DNA of 62,707 bases, the filler included, from Pseudomonadota bacterium (GTDB taxonomy: Bacteria; Bdellovibrionota_F; JAHFAK01; JBDREC01): NCBI GenBank assembly GCA_043820105.1. It is 4 parts of 4 records of this genome, joined end to end, with 100 filler letters (N's around TTAATTAATTAA, not from the genome) between each part and the next. Parts side by side here need not be neighbours in the genome. Positions count along the whole stretch, not along the records: positions 6,527 to 36,822 come from JBDREC010000080.1; 3 more parts are not named here. One strand, written 5' to 3'. This document shows, one piece after another, positions 27,638-36,922 of the stretch; position 1 is the stretch's first letter, and each line of letters starts with the position of its first letter. Under the pieces are notes generated by a model, which saw only the letters and a program-made list of their open reading frames with translations, had not been told where the DNA came from and ran no database searches. The position numbers and the translations under genes were made by a program.

Positions 27638-30600
27638 CTATTCACTACTTAATTGTTGTCTGATTTCTTGTATTTTTTCTCTTAGTTTTTTATGTAAACT
27701 AATTGAATCTGGTCCTAGTTTTGTTACCATTTCATCAGGAACTGTTCCATAGACTGTTTCAAGAACAAATAAGTATCTTGACATAACATCGGCTTGACCT
27801 GAATTATTTATTGTTTCAACAAGCCAAGGTGTTGATTTAGGTATTTCGGCTACTTTTTCTCCTGTTCTTTTTGCCTCTTTCCATGCTTCTGAATCTAGAT
27901 ATCTTGTCATCCACATATTATAAATTTTATGTAAGAAGTCTATTGGTTCAATAAAATGGGTTTCAATAGGTGTTAAACCAGCTTTGGTTTTTTTAATATT
28001 GTCAGTTGCTGTTTGAAAGGTGCCATGAGCATCGAGAAAATCAATAAGAGCCATAGCATACATAAATTCATCATAAGATCTTGCTGCAACTGTAATAATA
28101 TTTAGAGTAAAAACTAAAACTGGATCATTAGAATCAGCATGATTAAATCTATACTCAACTCTATAACGGCTTCTAGATCCACCTTTTTTTCGCCAATTTG
28201 TTTCTGAAGTTCTATCCTCAATTTCTAGATCAGGATCAAAACCTTCAATTACATCTCTTGCTTTCTGGACATCAAAATTCATGCTAAGACCAAAAACGAC
28301 CCTAGCCGGAAGTTTGTCCTCAACAAGTACATATCTGCTGGCAAGATCAGGTTTTTCGAGCTCTTCTTTTAATTTATAAGTTAATCCACGTGGAGAAGTC
28401 AGTCTTTGTCCTTGCTTTCTAAGTTGAGCTAATAACTTTGCTGATTTTCCACTAAGAACAAATGGTCCATCGTTTGCTTTGAGTTCAGGTAAGTGCTGCC
28501 ATATAAACTCGCCGAGTTCACGAAAGGCAGTTCTTTGTGTAATTCCAAATAAAGCATCAAAAACAGGTCTAAAACTTGACATATCAACATGTTTAAACTC
28601 AGTTGAAAGTAATTTATCCTGCTGAACAGCTTCCAGTAGCCGTGTTCCAAAGTTTATAGCTCTTATCATTTGGTTTGGATTACTTGCAAAGCTAGCATAA
28701 GGTATTAGTATTTGATAAGGACTTATTATAGTGAAAACTTGTCCATTAAGAACCACTGTTAAGCTAGAATCCTGTAAAGTGCTGCCTTGTTTTACTAATT
28801 GAAAGCCTCTTTCTTGAGTTATTAATAATCTTTCAATTGCCTCTAAATCCATTGGGGTATCAACTATAATATGAATTGCTGCTTTTGTAGCAATTAGACT
28901 TTTCAGATAATAAAAATCAGCATTTACATCAGCGTCAGCAGCTGAAATATATTCACCAGGTTTCCCTTTTTTATATCTAGCATATCCTCTTTGCCAAGTT
29001 CCTGGATTATTAGCTAGAAAAATTGCAGTGGCAGTAGCATCTCTTAGTTCTGTTAGATTTAACTCATGTACCCGTCTTGTTAATGAAAGGGTCATGCCAG
29101 GTCCTGCTGACCTATCTAGTTCAATGGAATCTGAGAGGATATCTCTTTCATCATAATCTGTCTCTGTATAGATGTCTTTTGCATTGGCTCTGGCTTCAGC
29201 TAGTCTAGTAATGGCGGTTATCATAGCTATGTTAGGATCATAAGGTTCAGGATCACTTCTTCTGGTTTGTCTTCTTGGAGGACGGGCAGCAAGAATAGCT
29301 TGTGTTTGGCTTCCATCTTTATTTGTAACTGTTACATGGCTTCCACTTTTTCTGCCATTTAATTTATTTTGTAGATCTGTCCAATTAGTTTGCTTTGTAT
29401 CAAATAAGTGGCCTTGTTCTCTTAATAACTTTCTAACTCTTAAATGAGCCATTGGATTTTCTGTTAATATTTGATTTAATTTATCAACTGTTGCAACAGT
29501 AATATTAGGAACCACAGTGCTTGTGCCTTCAGGGAATTCTTCTGGCAATAAACTAATAAACTCATGCCATGAAATTATTTTGCCACTAGTTGGTCCTGCT
29601 AACATCATGCCTTTTTTAGAATAAACTCTGCTGATAGCACTTGCTAGTCTTTCATATAAAAGATTTAAAAGATGCTCTTCAAATAATGAATTTCCACTTT
29701 CCTTTAGTTTTTGAATTTCTCTTATTAAAGTTAAAACATATGGATCTTTCCAGACTTCTTCCATTATATCAGCTTGAGTGACTTCAGGATTATCACCAAT
29801 TGTTTCATCTTCATTTTCACCTATTGATGGTTCTTGGACATCTTCTCCTTCTTGACCTGGAAGATCAATGTTTTCACCTTCAATGCTTGGTAATATTGCA
29901 AAGCCTTCTTCTTCACCTGGAAGTTTGTGATCTTCTTCTTGACCAGGTACAAGTGGAGGAGGTGCTATGGCTGGCATTGCTGGAGCTCCTTCAAGCAATG
30001 ATGGGTTTTCTACAGCTTCAAATTCCACCTGATTTCTTAGACTTTCTAAAAAGGAAGTGTCAAGAATAGGTCGCTCAGGACTAAATGGTAATGAATTGAA
30101 ATCAAAGGTTTGATTAGTAGTTGGAATAAATGTTTTTCTTTTACCATTTCCAGTTGCAGGTGAACTGCTTTCTTGTATAGCCAATGATTCATTTGATGAA
30201 GAAGCTAAAATTGTATTTTGACCTGGATTTTCATTTGGATTCGTTTGGTCTCTTACAGATTCAAGTTCAAAACCCGGTGTGCTTTGCGCTTTTACCGCTT
30301 GACTTGAATCAACATCAATAGCTTCACCGAGGCCTCTTCCTTCGTATTGTGCTTGATTGGCAAGGTCCCTTGAAACTTGGATCCTGTTTCCATGTTCAAG
30401 AGGGTTTGGTCTGTTTTGTGATAACAACCTTGTTTCAAGTTCATATGGTAAAAATGTTTCTCCTGTGGCTTGGCTAATATAGGCTCTCATGCTGTCAACT
30501 TCAGCTACTAAAGCCTCATATTGTCCTCGATGTAATTGCCCTCTAATATAGGAGTCATTTAAATTTGCTTCTAAGCTGCTTAACTTGCTTTCAACAACTG

Positions 30601-32227
30601 CTGTGTTAACAAGATTATTTGTCACGGCGTTTCCGGCAGCTACTGCCACTTTTAATTGAATTAAGAAAAGGCCAGCGCAAAATATTTCAGATCTTAAATT
30701 TAAATGCTGAGGTGGAATTAATCGAAGTGCCTCATTGACTCTTCCTAAAATAACAAATCCTGAAAGTTCTGTTAAAAACTGCCCTGACTTATTTAGAAGC
30801 CCTAAGGCCAAGGCTTGGCTTTGAGGTAGTGTTCCAGCTGCTTTTAATAAATGCTGTCCTGCTAAGACATGCCAGGTTCTGGATAAGACCTTTAGCCCAC
30901 CTAAAAAGATAGCGCATCTTAAGAAACCTTGTGCTGTAAAATATTCACCATTTCCAATTAAAACAGCATGAAACATATCATGAGCAGCCCAAAATACGCT
31001 GATTTCAGACATAGTACCAATACCCTTAGCTACCCAAGCAGCTTTTCCAATATTTGAACCAGACCAAATAACTCTAGAACCAAAGGCAATTCGGGAAGAA
31101 GCAAGATATCCTTCAACTGAAGCTCCAATTGGAGCGGCAATCATCATTGCTAATGTTAATGGAACGATTTCTGTGAAGCCTTTATCTATTACTTGGTATA
31201 AGGCTTGATCATGGAGGCCTGTTATGCCAGTTTCTCCTGTTACCGTGCGATAAAAAGAGCCAGCCTCAGCTGAAATTGCAGTATCTTTTGAGTTTTTTAA
31301 TGCTTCCAGATTTAACATTATAGTATTGGCCGGATACATTGATTTTAAAAAATAATTTGATCTTAGCTTTTTTGTGTAAGAAAGTATAAAAACTTGTCTT
31401 TTAGTTTCATCTTCAATTTTTGATAATTCAATAAAATTTTCAAGCTTAATGCCACTTAAAGTTAAGCTTTTTCCCAAGTCGTGGAGTTCGTTTTTTGCTT
31501 GGCCAAGATTTTGGATTTCACCATTAATTAATTTTGCCTGTATAGCCAGAATGCTTGCTTGAAAAGTTGCACTTTTTTCGTCTATTACTGATTTAGCTTC
31601 TATATATAAAGCCTCTACAAAACCTTTGTTTATTATATTTGAGGCTTCTCTGATTTTTTCGGCTTCTAAAGTTTCATAATTTATATGGTCTATAAATCTT
31701 AATTGCAACTGGTATAGAGCCACTAAAGAAGGTAAAACTTTTAAGAATTGTTCTTGTGCATTTAATACAGATTCAATTAATATTTTTAACTCAGAAATTT
31801 CAGTGTCAATTTTGGATGCAGGACTTATTCGTTCTAATGTTTCAAGAGCAAGGTTTAGTTCACTTCTAAAAAAATAAAGACGTGCTAATGAGAAAAGTTC
31901 GCCATTTGAATCATCCAATTCTGAATAAAGCATTGCCATATGTTTTAGCAATAAAATTGTATTTTCATTGTCCTCTGATTGTATTAATAGCTCCAGAGTT
32001 TCCTCACAAAGCACAGATAATAGATTTCTTTGAACTTCATTTTGAGCTGTTTGAATTTCATGAATTAATGAGTTTGTTGTGTTAATTGCCAGCTCATATA
32101 AAGAGTTTTCTTCATCATAAAGAAGATCTGAATCTAAGACTTGTGAAAATATGTTGCTTGAAAACATGATTGAAAATAATATGAAAATTATAGAAATCTT
32201 TTGTTTTAGCTTGCCATGTTTTACCAT
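27638..32227 (-). CDS. Large exported hypothetical protein (1529 aa)
   Basis: Signal peptide, helical N-terminus, Gly/Ala-rich hydrophobic segment, Pro/Glu linker, unknown C-terminus. Confidence 0.8.
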   Translation of the reverse strand: MVKHGKLKQKISIIFILFSIMFSSNIFSQVLDSDLLYDEENSLYELAINTTNSLIHEIQTAQNEVQRNLLSVLCEETLELLIQSEDNENTILLLKHMAMLYSELDDSNGELFSLARLYFFRSELNLALETLERISPASKIDTEISELKILIESVLNAQEQFLKVLPSLVALYQLQLRFIDHINYETLEAEKIREASNIINKGFVEALYIEAKSVIDEKSATFQASILAIQAKLINGEIQNLGQAKNELHDLGKSLTLSGIKLENFIELSKIEDETKRQVFILSYTKKLRSNYFLKSMYPANTIMLNLEALKNSKDTAISAEAGSFYRTVTGETGITGLHDQALYQVIDKGFTEIVPLTLAMMIAAPIGASVEGYLASSRIAFGSRVIWSGSNIGKAAWVAKGIGTMSEISVFWAAHDMFHAVLIGNGEYFTAQGFLRCAIFLGGLKVLSRTWHVLAGQHLLKAAGTLPQSQALALGLLNKSGQFLTELSGFVILGRVNEALRLIPPQHLNLRSEIFCAGLFLIQLKVAVAAGNAVTNNLVNTAVVESKLSSLEANLNDSYIRGQLHRGQYEALVAEVDSMRAYISQATGETFLPYELETRLLSQNRPNPLEHGNRIQVSRDLANQAQYEGRGLGEAIDVDSSQAVKAQSTPGFELESVRDQTNPNENPGQNTILASSSNESLAIQESSSPATGNGKRKTFIPTTNQTFDFNSLPFSPERPILDTSFLESLRNQVEFEAVENPSLLEGAPAMPAIAPPPLVPGQEEDHKLPGEEEGFAILPSIEGENIDLPGQEGEDVQEPSIGENEDETIGDNPEVTQADIMEEVWKDPYVLTLIREIQKLKESGNSLFEEHLLNLLYERLASAISRVYSKKGMMLAGPTSGKIISWHEFISLLPEEFPEGTSTVVPNITVATVDKLNQILTENPMAHLRVRKLLREQGHLFDTKQTNWTDLQNKLNGRKSGSHVTVTNKDGSQTQAILAARPPRRQTRRSDPEPYDPNIAMITAITRLAEARANAKDIYTETDYDERDILSDSIELDRSAGPGMTLSLTRRVHELNLTELRDATATAIFLANNPGTWQRGYARYKKGKPGEYISAADADVNADFYYLKSLIATKAAIHIIVDTPMDLEAIERLLITQERGFQLVKQGSTLQDSSLTVVLNGQVFTIISPYQILIPYASFASNPNQMIRAINFGTRLLEAVQQDKLLSTEFKHVDMSSFRPVFDALFGITQRTAFRELGEFIWQHLPELKANDGPFVLSGKSAKLLAQLRKQGQRLTSPRGLTYKLKEELEKPDLASRYVLVEDKLPARVVFGLSMNFDVQKARDVIEGFDPDLEIEDRTSETNWRKKGGSRSRYRVEYRFNHADSNDPVLVFTLNIITVAARSYDEFMYAMALIDFLDAHGTFQTATDNIKKTKAGLTPIETHFIEPIDFLHKIYNMWMTRYLDSEAWKEAKRTGEKVAEIPKSTPWLVETINNSGQADVMSRYLFVLETVYGTVPDEMVTKLGPDSISLHKKLREKIQEIRQQLSSE

Positions 32228-32282
32228 TTAGATATCCCTGTTTTAATTAATTACATAAATTATTTTTAGCTTTTATAATTAA

Positions 32283-32298
32283 AGCATTAATTATACCA
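32283..32298 (-). promoter_or_regulatory. Possible sigma-54 promoter of the 1529-aa gene
   Basis: Minus strand TGGTAT-AATTA-ATGCT (GG-N10-GC). Confidence 0.45.
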
Positions 32299-32526
32299 AA
32301 GCCATTAAGGCAAAAAGTCTAATTATATTTGTCTGTTAGCCTGATAAAGGTGCTAGTTTTATGTTAAATGAATGAAAATAATACTATTTCTATTTGTAAA
32401 TGAGACTTTAATTGGGCATTTTTCAAAAATGAAACAAAATTCTCAAATTGTGTATTTTACCCATTTATAATTTATTTTAGATTATGTATCTAGTTGAAAA
32501 TCATGGCTTTCTTGATGGCTATTTTT

Positions 32527-32542
32527 TGGCATACTTATTGTA
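32527..32542 (+). promoter_or_regulatory. Possible sigma-54 promoter (non-canonical -12)
   Basis: TGGCAT-ACTTA-TTGTA with IHF-like TATCTAGTTGAAA upstream. Confidence 0.45.
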
Positions 32543-32686
32543 AAGAAAGATGCTTGCTTGTTTTTAATAAGTTTTTTAAATAGTCAATAAATTCATTAGG
32601 CTTTTTGGCCTTCAGCCCTTAGCTTTCAGCTTTTTTTGCTGATAGCTGGTAGCTGACAGCTGATAGCTAAACACACGAGGTCTCTT

Positions 32687-33832
32687 ATGAAGTCTAAATT
32701 ATTTATTTGTGCTGTGCTTACATGCATTTTTCTTTTTCATGTCATTTCTTTAAACGCTTCAGTTGTTGATGCAATTGAAGGCAAAGCTATAGCAAAGAAG
32801 AAATATGAAAAATCAGAAAACGTTGATTCAAAAATTAAAACTTTGTATTTTAGCGGAGCTCATTCAGATGTTAAATTTGAAGGATGGGATAAAGAGGAAG
32901 TAAAAATAAAAGCAAGAATTCTAATTTTTGAATACAAAAGTAAAACTCCAATTGAAGAGTTTTTAGAAAGCTATGAATACTTTTTTAAAAAAGACTCAGA
33001 CTCAATTACTCTTTACAGAAATCCGATTAATTTCGATGGTAATAGAAGCTCTAACATTCAGTTTACCATAAATCTTCCCAAAAGACTTTTACTAAAAGTT
33101 AGTAATCACAGTCATGGTAATTTGGACCTTATTAATTGTAATGGAGGAATAGATTTGGATCATAGTCATGGTACAGTATCAATTGATAATGAATCTATTA
33201 CAAATAAACTCAAAACAAATATTTCTCATTCTACTACAAAAATTACGGTTAAAAAACTTTCGGAAGATACTCTAGAATTTGATTTAGACCAATCTCATGG
33301 CAGATTAAATTTGGATCTTCCAGGTTTGGGAAAGAGGTTTAAATTAAGAGCAAGACATGCAGATACTGATGTGAAAACTACAGTAAAATCTGATCAAATG
33401 GGTGATTATAAATTTGATGTGCAACATGATGATTTAGATTTGGATTTTCATGGCTTGGCAGGGAAATTAGTAATTGATTCAGCCCATGCTGAAGTTAGTC
33501 TAAAGATTAAGGAAAAAACTGCTGGCAAACTGGATATGAACATAGAAATTCAACATGATGATTTAGAAGCTAAGTTGCCTGATATTTTGGGAGATTTAAA
33601 AGTAAAATCTCAGCATGCTGATATTGAATTTGATTTTGATGAATATAGTTATGACAAAGTAAAAACACATAAAATAGATGTTGATTATGGTGATGTTGAG
33701 TCTAATATATTAAAACAATATGATAGCAGTCTGGATTTTTCAGAAGGTGAGATTCTTATTACTACAAATAAGGATTCTGGTTATAGAGTTGATATTGAAA
33801 ATTCTCATGGGGACTTGAAGTATGAGAAATGA
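32687..33832 (+). CDS. Exported beta-strand-repeat protein (DUF4097/adhesin-like)
   Basis: Signal peptide; periodic SHG/QHD/AHA turns. Confidence 0.65.
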   Translation: MKSKLFICAVLTCIFLFHVISLNASVVDAIEGKAIAKKKYEKSENVDSKIKTLYFSGAHSDVKFEGWDKEEVKIKARILIFEYKSKTPIEEFLESYEYFFKKDSDSITLYRNPINFDGNRSSNIQFTINLPKRLLLKVSNHSHGNLDLINCNGGIDLDHSHGTVSIDNESITNKLKTNISHSTTKITVKKLSEDTLEFDLDQSHGRLNLDLPGLGKRFKLRARHADTDVKTTVKSDQMGDYKFDVQHDDLDLDFHGLAGKLVIDSAHAEVSLKIKEKTAGKLDMNIEIQHDDLEAKLPDILGDLKVKSQHADIEFDFDEYSYDKVKTHKIDVDYGDVESNILKQYDSSLDFSEGEILITTNKDSGYRVDIENSHGDLKYEK

Positions 33833-33909
33833 GTGGTAAGTGGTAAGTGGTAAGTGGTAAGTGGTAAGTGGTAAGTGGTAAGTGGTAAGTGGTAAGTGGT
33901 AAGTGGTAA
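33833..33909. repeat. Perfect heptamer tandem repeat (GTGGTAA)11
   Basis: Directly visible; same unit at 10449 and 17376. Confidence 0.97.
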
Positions 33910-34009
33910 GATTCTTGTTTAATTAAAAATATTCATGAAAAGATAAAAAACAATTTATAAAAAATTCATGATCTTTTCTTGTACTTCTATCCTTATTACT
34001 GAAGCTTTA

Positions 34010-34450
34010 TTAAAATTCTATCTTTTGACTTCTGCCATCATGATAATACCAATAAAAATTATTAAATCCAAGATTAGCTTCTTTTAGATAATTTGTAATT
34101 CCATAAACATGATTGCTTCCAACAATAACATACAGATCTTTTTTTGCTTGGATTGCCTGACAATAAATTTGCGAAATCTTTTTTGCTGAATTTAAATCCC
34201 TGACAGGTCTAATAGTATCATAAAAATTACTAATAACTTGTTCTGTTCTTTCTTTGCTTGTATTATCATTTAAATCAAAGACTGGAAAATAAAAATCATC
34301 TAGATCCAATCCTAGTTCTTTAAGATGATACTCTTCTTCATTATCCTGGAAATATCTTCCTGTGGCCAGGCCAAGTTCTTTTGCAATAATTAAGACGTGA
34401 TCAATAGAAAACTTATTATAATATTCTCTGATAAGTTCGTCTTTTCCTTT
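34010..34450 (-). pseudogene. 5'-truncated gene fragment
   Basis: Frame of ORF 34010-34309 stays open to about 34450 with no credible start; YVIVGSNHV motif near the C-terminus. Confidence 0.45.
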
Positions 34451-34581
34451 TTATTGTCCCTGAGGTGGTTGGGGCGTGAAACGGGATATGTGGTTTTATA
34501 AGAGTGTTAACATTTTCCAGAATTAAAAATAAAATCTAAAAATTCATTTGCTAACTAGTTGAAATATCTTTAGTGTTATTT

Positions 34582-34597
34582 TGGCATTTATATTGCA
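34582..34597 (+). promoter_or_regulatory. Sigma-54-like promoter before recQ
   Basis: TGGCAT-TTATA-TTGCA; IHF-like TAACTAGTTGAAA upstream. Confidence 0.55.
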
Positions 34598-34612
34598 ACT
34601 AGAAAAATAATT

Positions 34613-36472
34613 ATGATTGATAAAGCAAAAAATACTTTAAAAAACGTTTTTGGTTATGATGAATTCAGGCCGCTTCAGGAAAAAATAATTCGAAATGTCC
34701 TTGAAAGAAAAGATGCTTTGGCAATTATGCCAACTGGAAGTGGTAAGTCATTGTGCTATCAGATTCCAGCAATAATTTTTGATGGATTAACAATTGTTAT
34801 TTCTCCTCTTATTTCGCTAATGAAGGATCAGGTTGAGGCTCTTAATCAAGTGGGTGTAGAGGCTGTTGTTTTAAATAGTTCTTTGTCTTATGATGAATAT
34901 TGTCATAATGTTTTTCGAATTAAAAATAATCAAATAAAGCTATTATATTTAGCTCCTGAAACTTTGTTAAAGCCACAGATCTTAGAAATGATTTCAGGCT
35001 GTAAGGTTGATTTTTTGGCTATTGATGAGGCTCATTGTATTTCAGAATGGGGTCATGATTTCAGACCTGAATATCGTCAGCTAAGTGAAGTTAGAAAAAA
35101 ATTAAAAGATACTACCTGTATTGCCTTAACTGCAACAGCGACTTTGCCAGTAAGGGAAGATATTAAAGTAAGTTTAAACTTTAGTGAAAATAATGAATTT
35201 ATATCTAGTTTTAATCGGGAAAATCTATTTTTGCAGATACTTCCTAAATATGATCCCTTAGAACAAATTCTAGAGTTTTTGGAAAAATATAAGAATCAAT
35301 CTGGAATCATTTATTGTTTTTCAAGAAAGCAGGTTGATTCGCTTTATGAAAGTTTACTTGAGCATGGTTTTTCTGTTAAGCCATATCATGCGGGCCTTGA
35401 TGATAATGTGAGAAGAAAAAACCAAGAGCTATTTATTAAAGATGATGTGCAAATTATTGTTGCGACCATTGCTTTTGGAATGGGGATAAATAAACCAAAT
35501 GTAAGGTTTGTTATTCACCACGATTTGCCAAAAAATATAGAAACATATTATCAGGAAATAGGTAGAGCAGGGCGGGATGGAATAAATTCTCATTGTCTCT
35601 TGCTGTTTTCTTATAGCGATACTCAAAAAATAAAATATTTCATTAATCAAAAAGAGGACCTTGAAAAAAGAAGGATAGCAAATATTCATTTGAATTCATT
35701 GCTTGGCTTCGCTGAAACTAGTGTGTGTCGAAGAATTCCAATGCTTAGTTATTTTGGTGAAACATTTGATGCAGAAAACTGTGAGATGTGTGATAATTGT
35801 GTTAGCGAGCCCAAGCCTTTAGTTGATATATCTTTGCCTGCTAAAAAGTTTTTATCCTGTGTAAAAAGAACAGGTGAATTGTTTGGAACTCATCATATCA
35901 TTGATGTGCTTAGAGGGTCTCAATCTCAGAAGATTAGTAAGTTTCAACATAACCTGCTTTCTACGTATGCAATTGGAAAAGAATATTCCAAAAAACAGTG
36001 GTTTCACTTATCAAGGCAGTTTATTCAGCAAGATTTTGTTTGTCAGGATCTTAATCATGGAAGCTTAATACTTACAAAAAAGGCTTATGAACTTTTTAAG
36101 GGTAAAATTAGCGTTTTAGGTATATTGCTTGAGGATAAGCAAAAGCATGAAGTTAAAAAAGAACCACCAATTAAAAAGAGGAAAAAAACAAAGATGGAGG
36201 TCTTAGACTATGATAAAGATCTGTTTGAAATCTTACGTAAAATTAGAAAAGAAAAAGCAGATCAGACAAATGTTCCTCCATATGTGATTTTCCCAGACAC
36301 AACTTTAATTGAGTTTTCAAGCTATTTCCCAAAATCAAAAGAATCCATGATAAATATGAATGGAGTAGGGCAGATTAAATTAGAAAAATATTCTCAACTA
36401 TTTTTAGATCCTATTATAGAGTATTGTGAGAAAAATAATATTGATGAAAATGAAAAAGGATCGACTTATTAA
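34613..36472 (+). CDS. recQ: DNA helicase RecQ
   Basis: MPTGSGKS, DEAHCISEWGHDFRP, QEIGRAGRDG, Zn-binding Cys, RQC and HRDC domains. Confidence 0.97.
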   Translation: MIDKAKNTLKNVFGYDEFRPLQEKIIRNVLERKDALAIMPTGSGKSLCYQIPAIIFDGLTIVISPLISLMKDQVEALNQVGVEAVVLNSSLSYDEYCHNVFRIKNNQIKLLYLAPETLLKPQILEMISGCKVDFLAIDEAHCISEWGHDFRPEYRQLSEVRKKLKDTTCIALTATATLPVREDIKVSLNFSENNEFISSFNRENLFLQILPKYDPLEQILEFLEKYKNQSGIIYCFSRKQVDSLYESLLEHGFSVKPYHAGLDDNVRRKNQELFIKDDVQIIVATIAFGMGINKPNVRFVIHHDLPKNIETYYQEIGRAGRDGINSHCLLLFSYSDTQKIKYFINQKEDLEKRRIANIHLNSLLGFAETSVCRRIPMLSYFGETFDAENCEMCDNCVSEPKPLVDISLPAKKFLSCVKRTGELFGTHHIIDVLRGSQSQKISKFQHNLLSTYAIGKEYSKKQWFHLSRQFIQQDFVCQDLNHGSLILTKKAYELFKGKISVLGILLEDKQKHEVKKEPPIKKRKKTKMEVLDYDKDLFEILRKIRKEKADQTNVPPYVIFPDTTLIEFSSYFPKSKESMINMNGVGQIKLEKYSQLFLDPIIEYCEKNNIDENEKGSTY

Positions 36473-36822
36473 TTAGACAAGAAATTATAACTTTCAATTT
36501 TATTTAATGTATAATTTAGCATTCTTTCTAAGATTAATTTTCCTTTTATCTTTGTTGCAAAGCTTGGATAACCATGATTGCCTGGACAATCTGGAATGGG
36601 ATCAGTATTGATTCTTAATTGATATTTTTTCAATTCCTCCCTAGGCATTACAAAGTTCTTTGCTTTTTCCAATTTTACACGGTCAGGATAAAGAAGTTAA
36701 TGCCAGAGCACATTATGTGAGATTGATGCTTATTTAATCAATATTTCAATTTTGATAGCAGCTTCTCCGATTAAATCTAAATCAGTTTTTATTTTATAAC
36801 TGTTTTTATTTGAAATTAGGTA
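36469..36822 (-). pseudogene. Degraded creatininase-family 3' fragment at contig end
   Basis: LLYPDRVKLEKA...GNHGYPSFATKIKGKLILE resembles the creatininase C-terminus; stops upstream. Confidence 0.5.
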
Positions 36823-36922
36823 NNNNNNNNNNNNNNNNNNNNNNNNNNNNNNNNNNNNNNNNNNNNTTAATTAATTAANNNNNNNNNNNNNNNNNNNNNN
36901 NNNNNNNNNNNNNNNNNNNNNN
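36823..36922. other. Artificial contig linker
   Basis: N44-TTAATTAATTAA-N44. Confidence 0.99.

Noticed and set aside
33833-33909. CRISPR array
   Set aside because: Contiguous 7-mers with no spacers; no cas genes.
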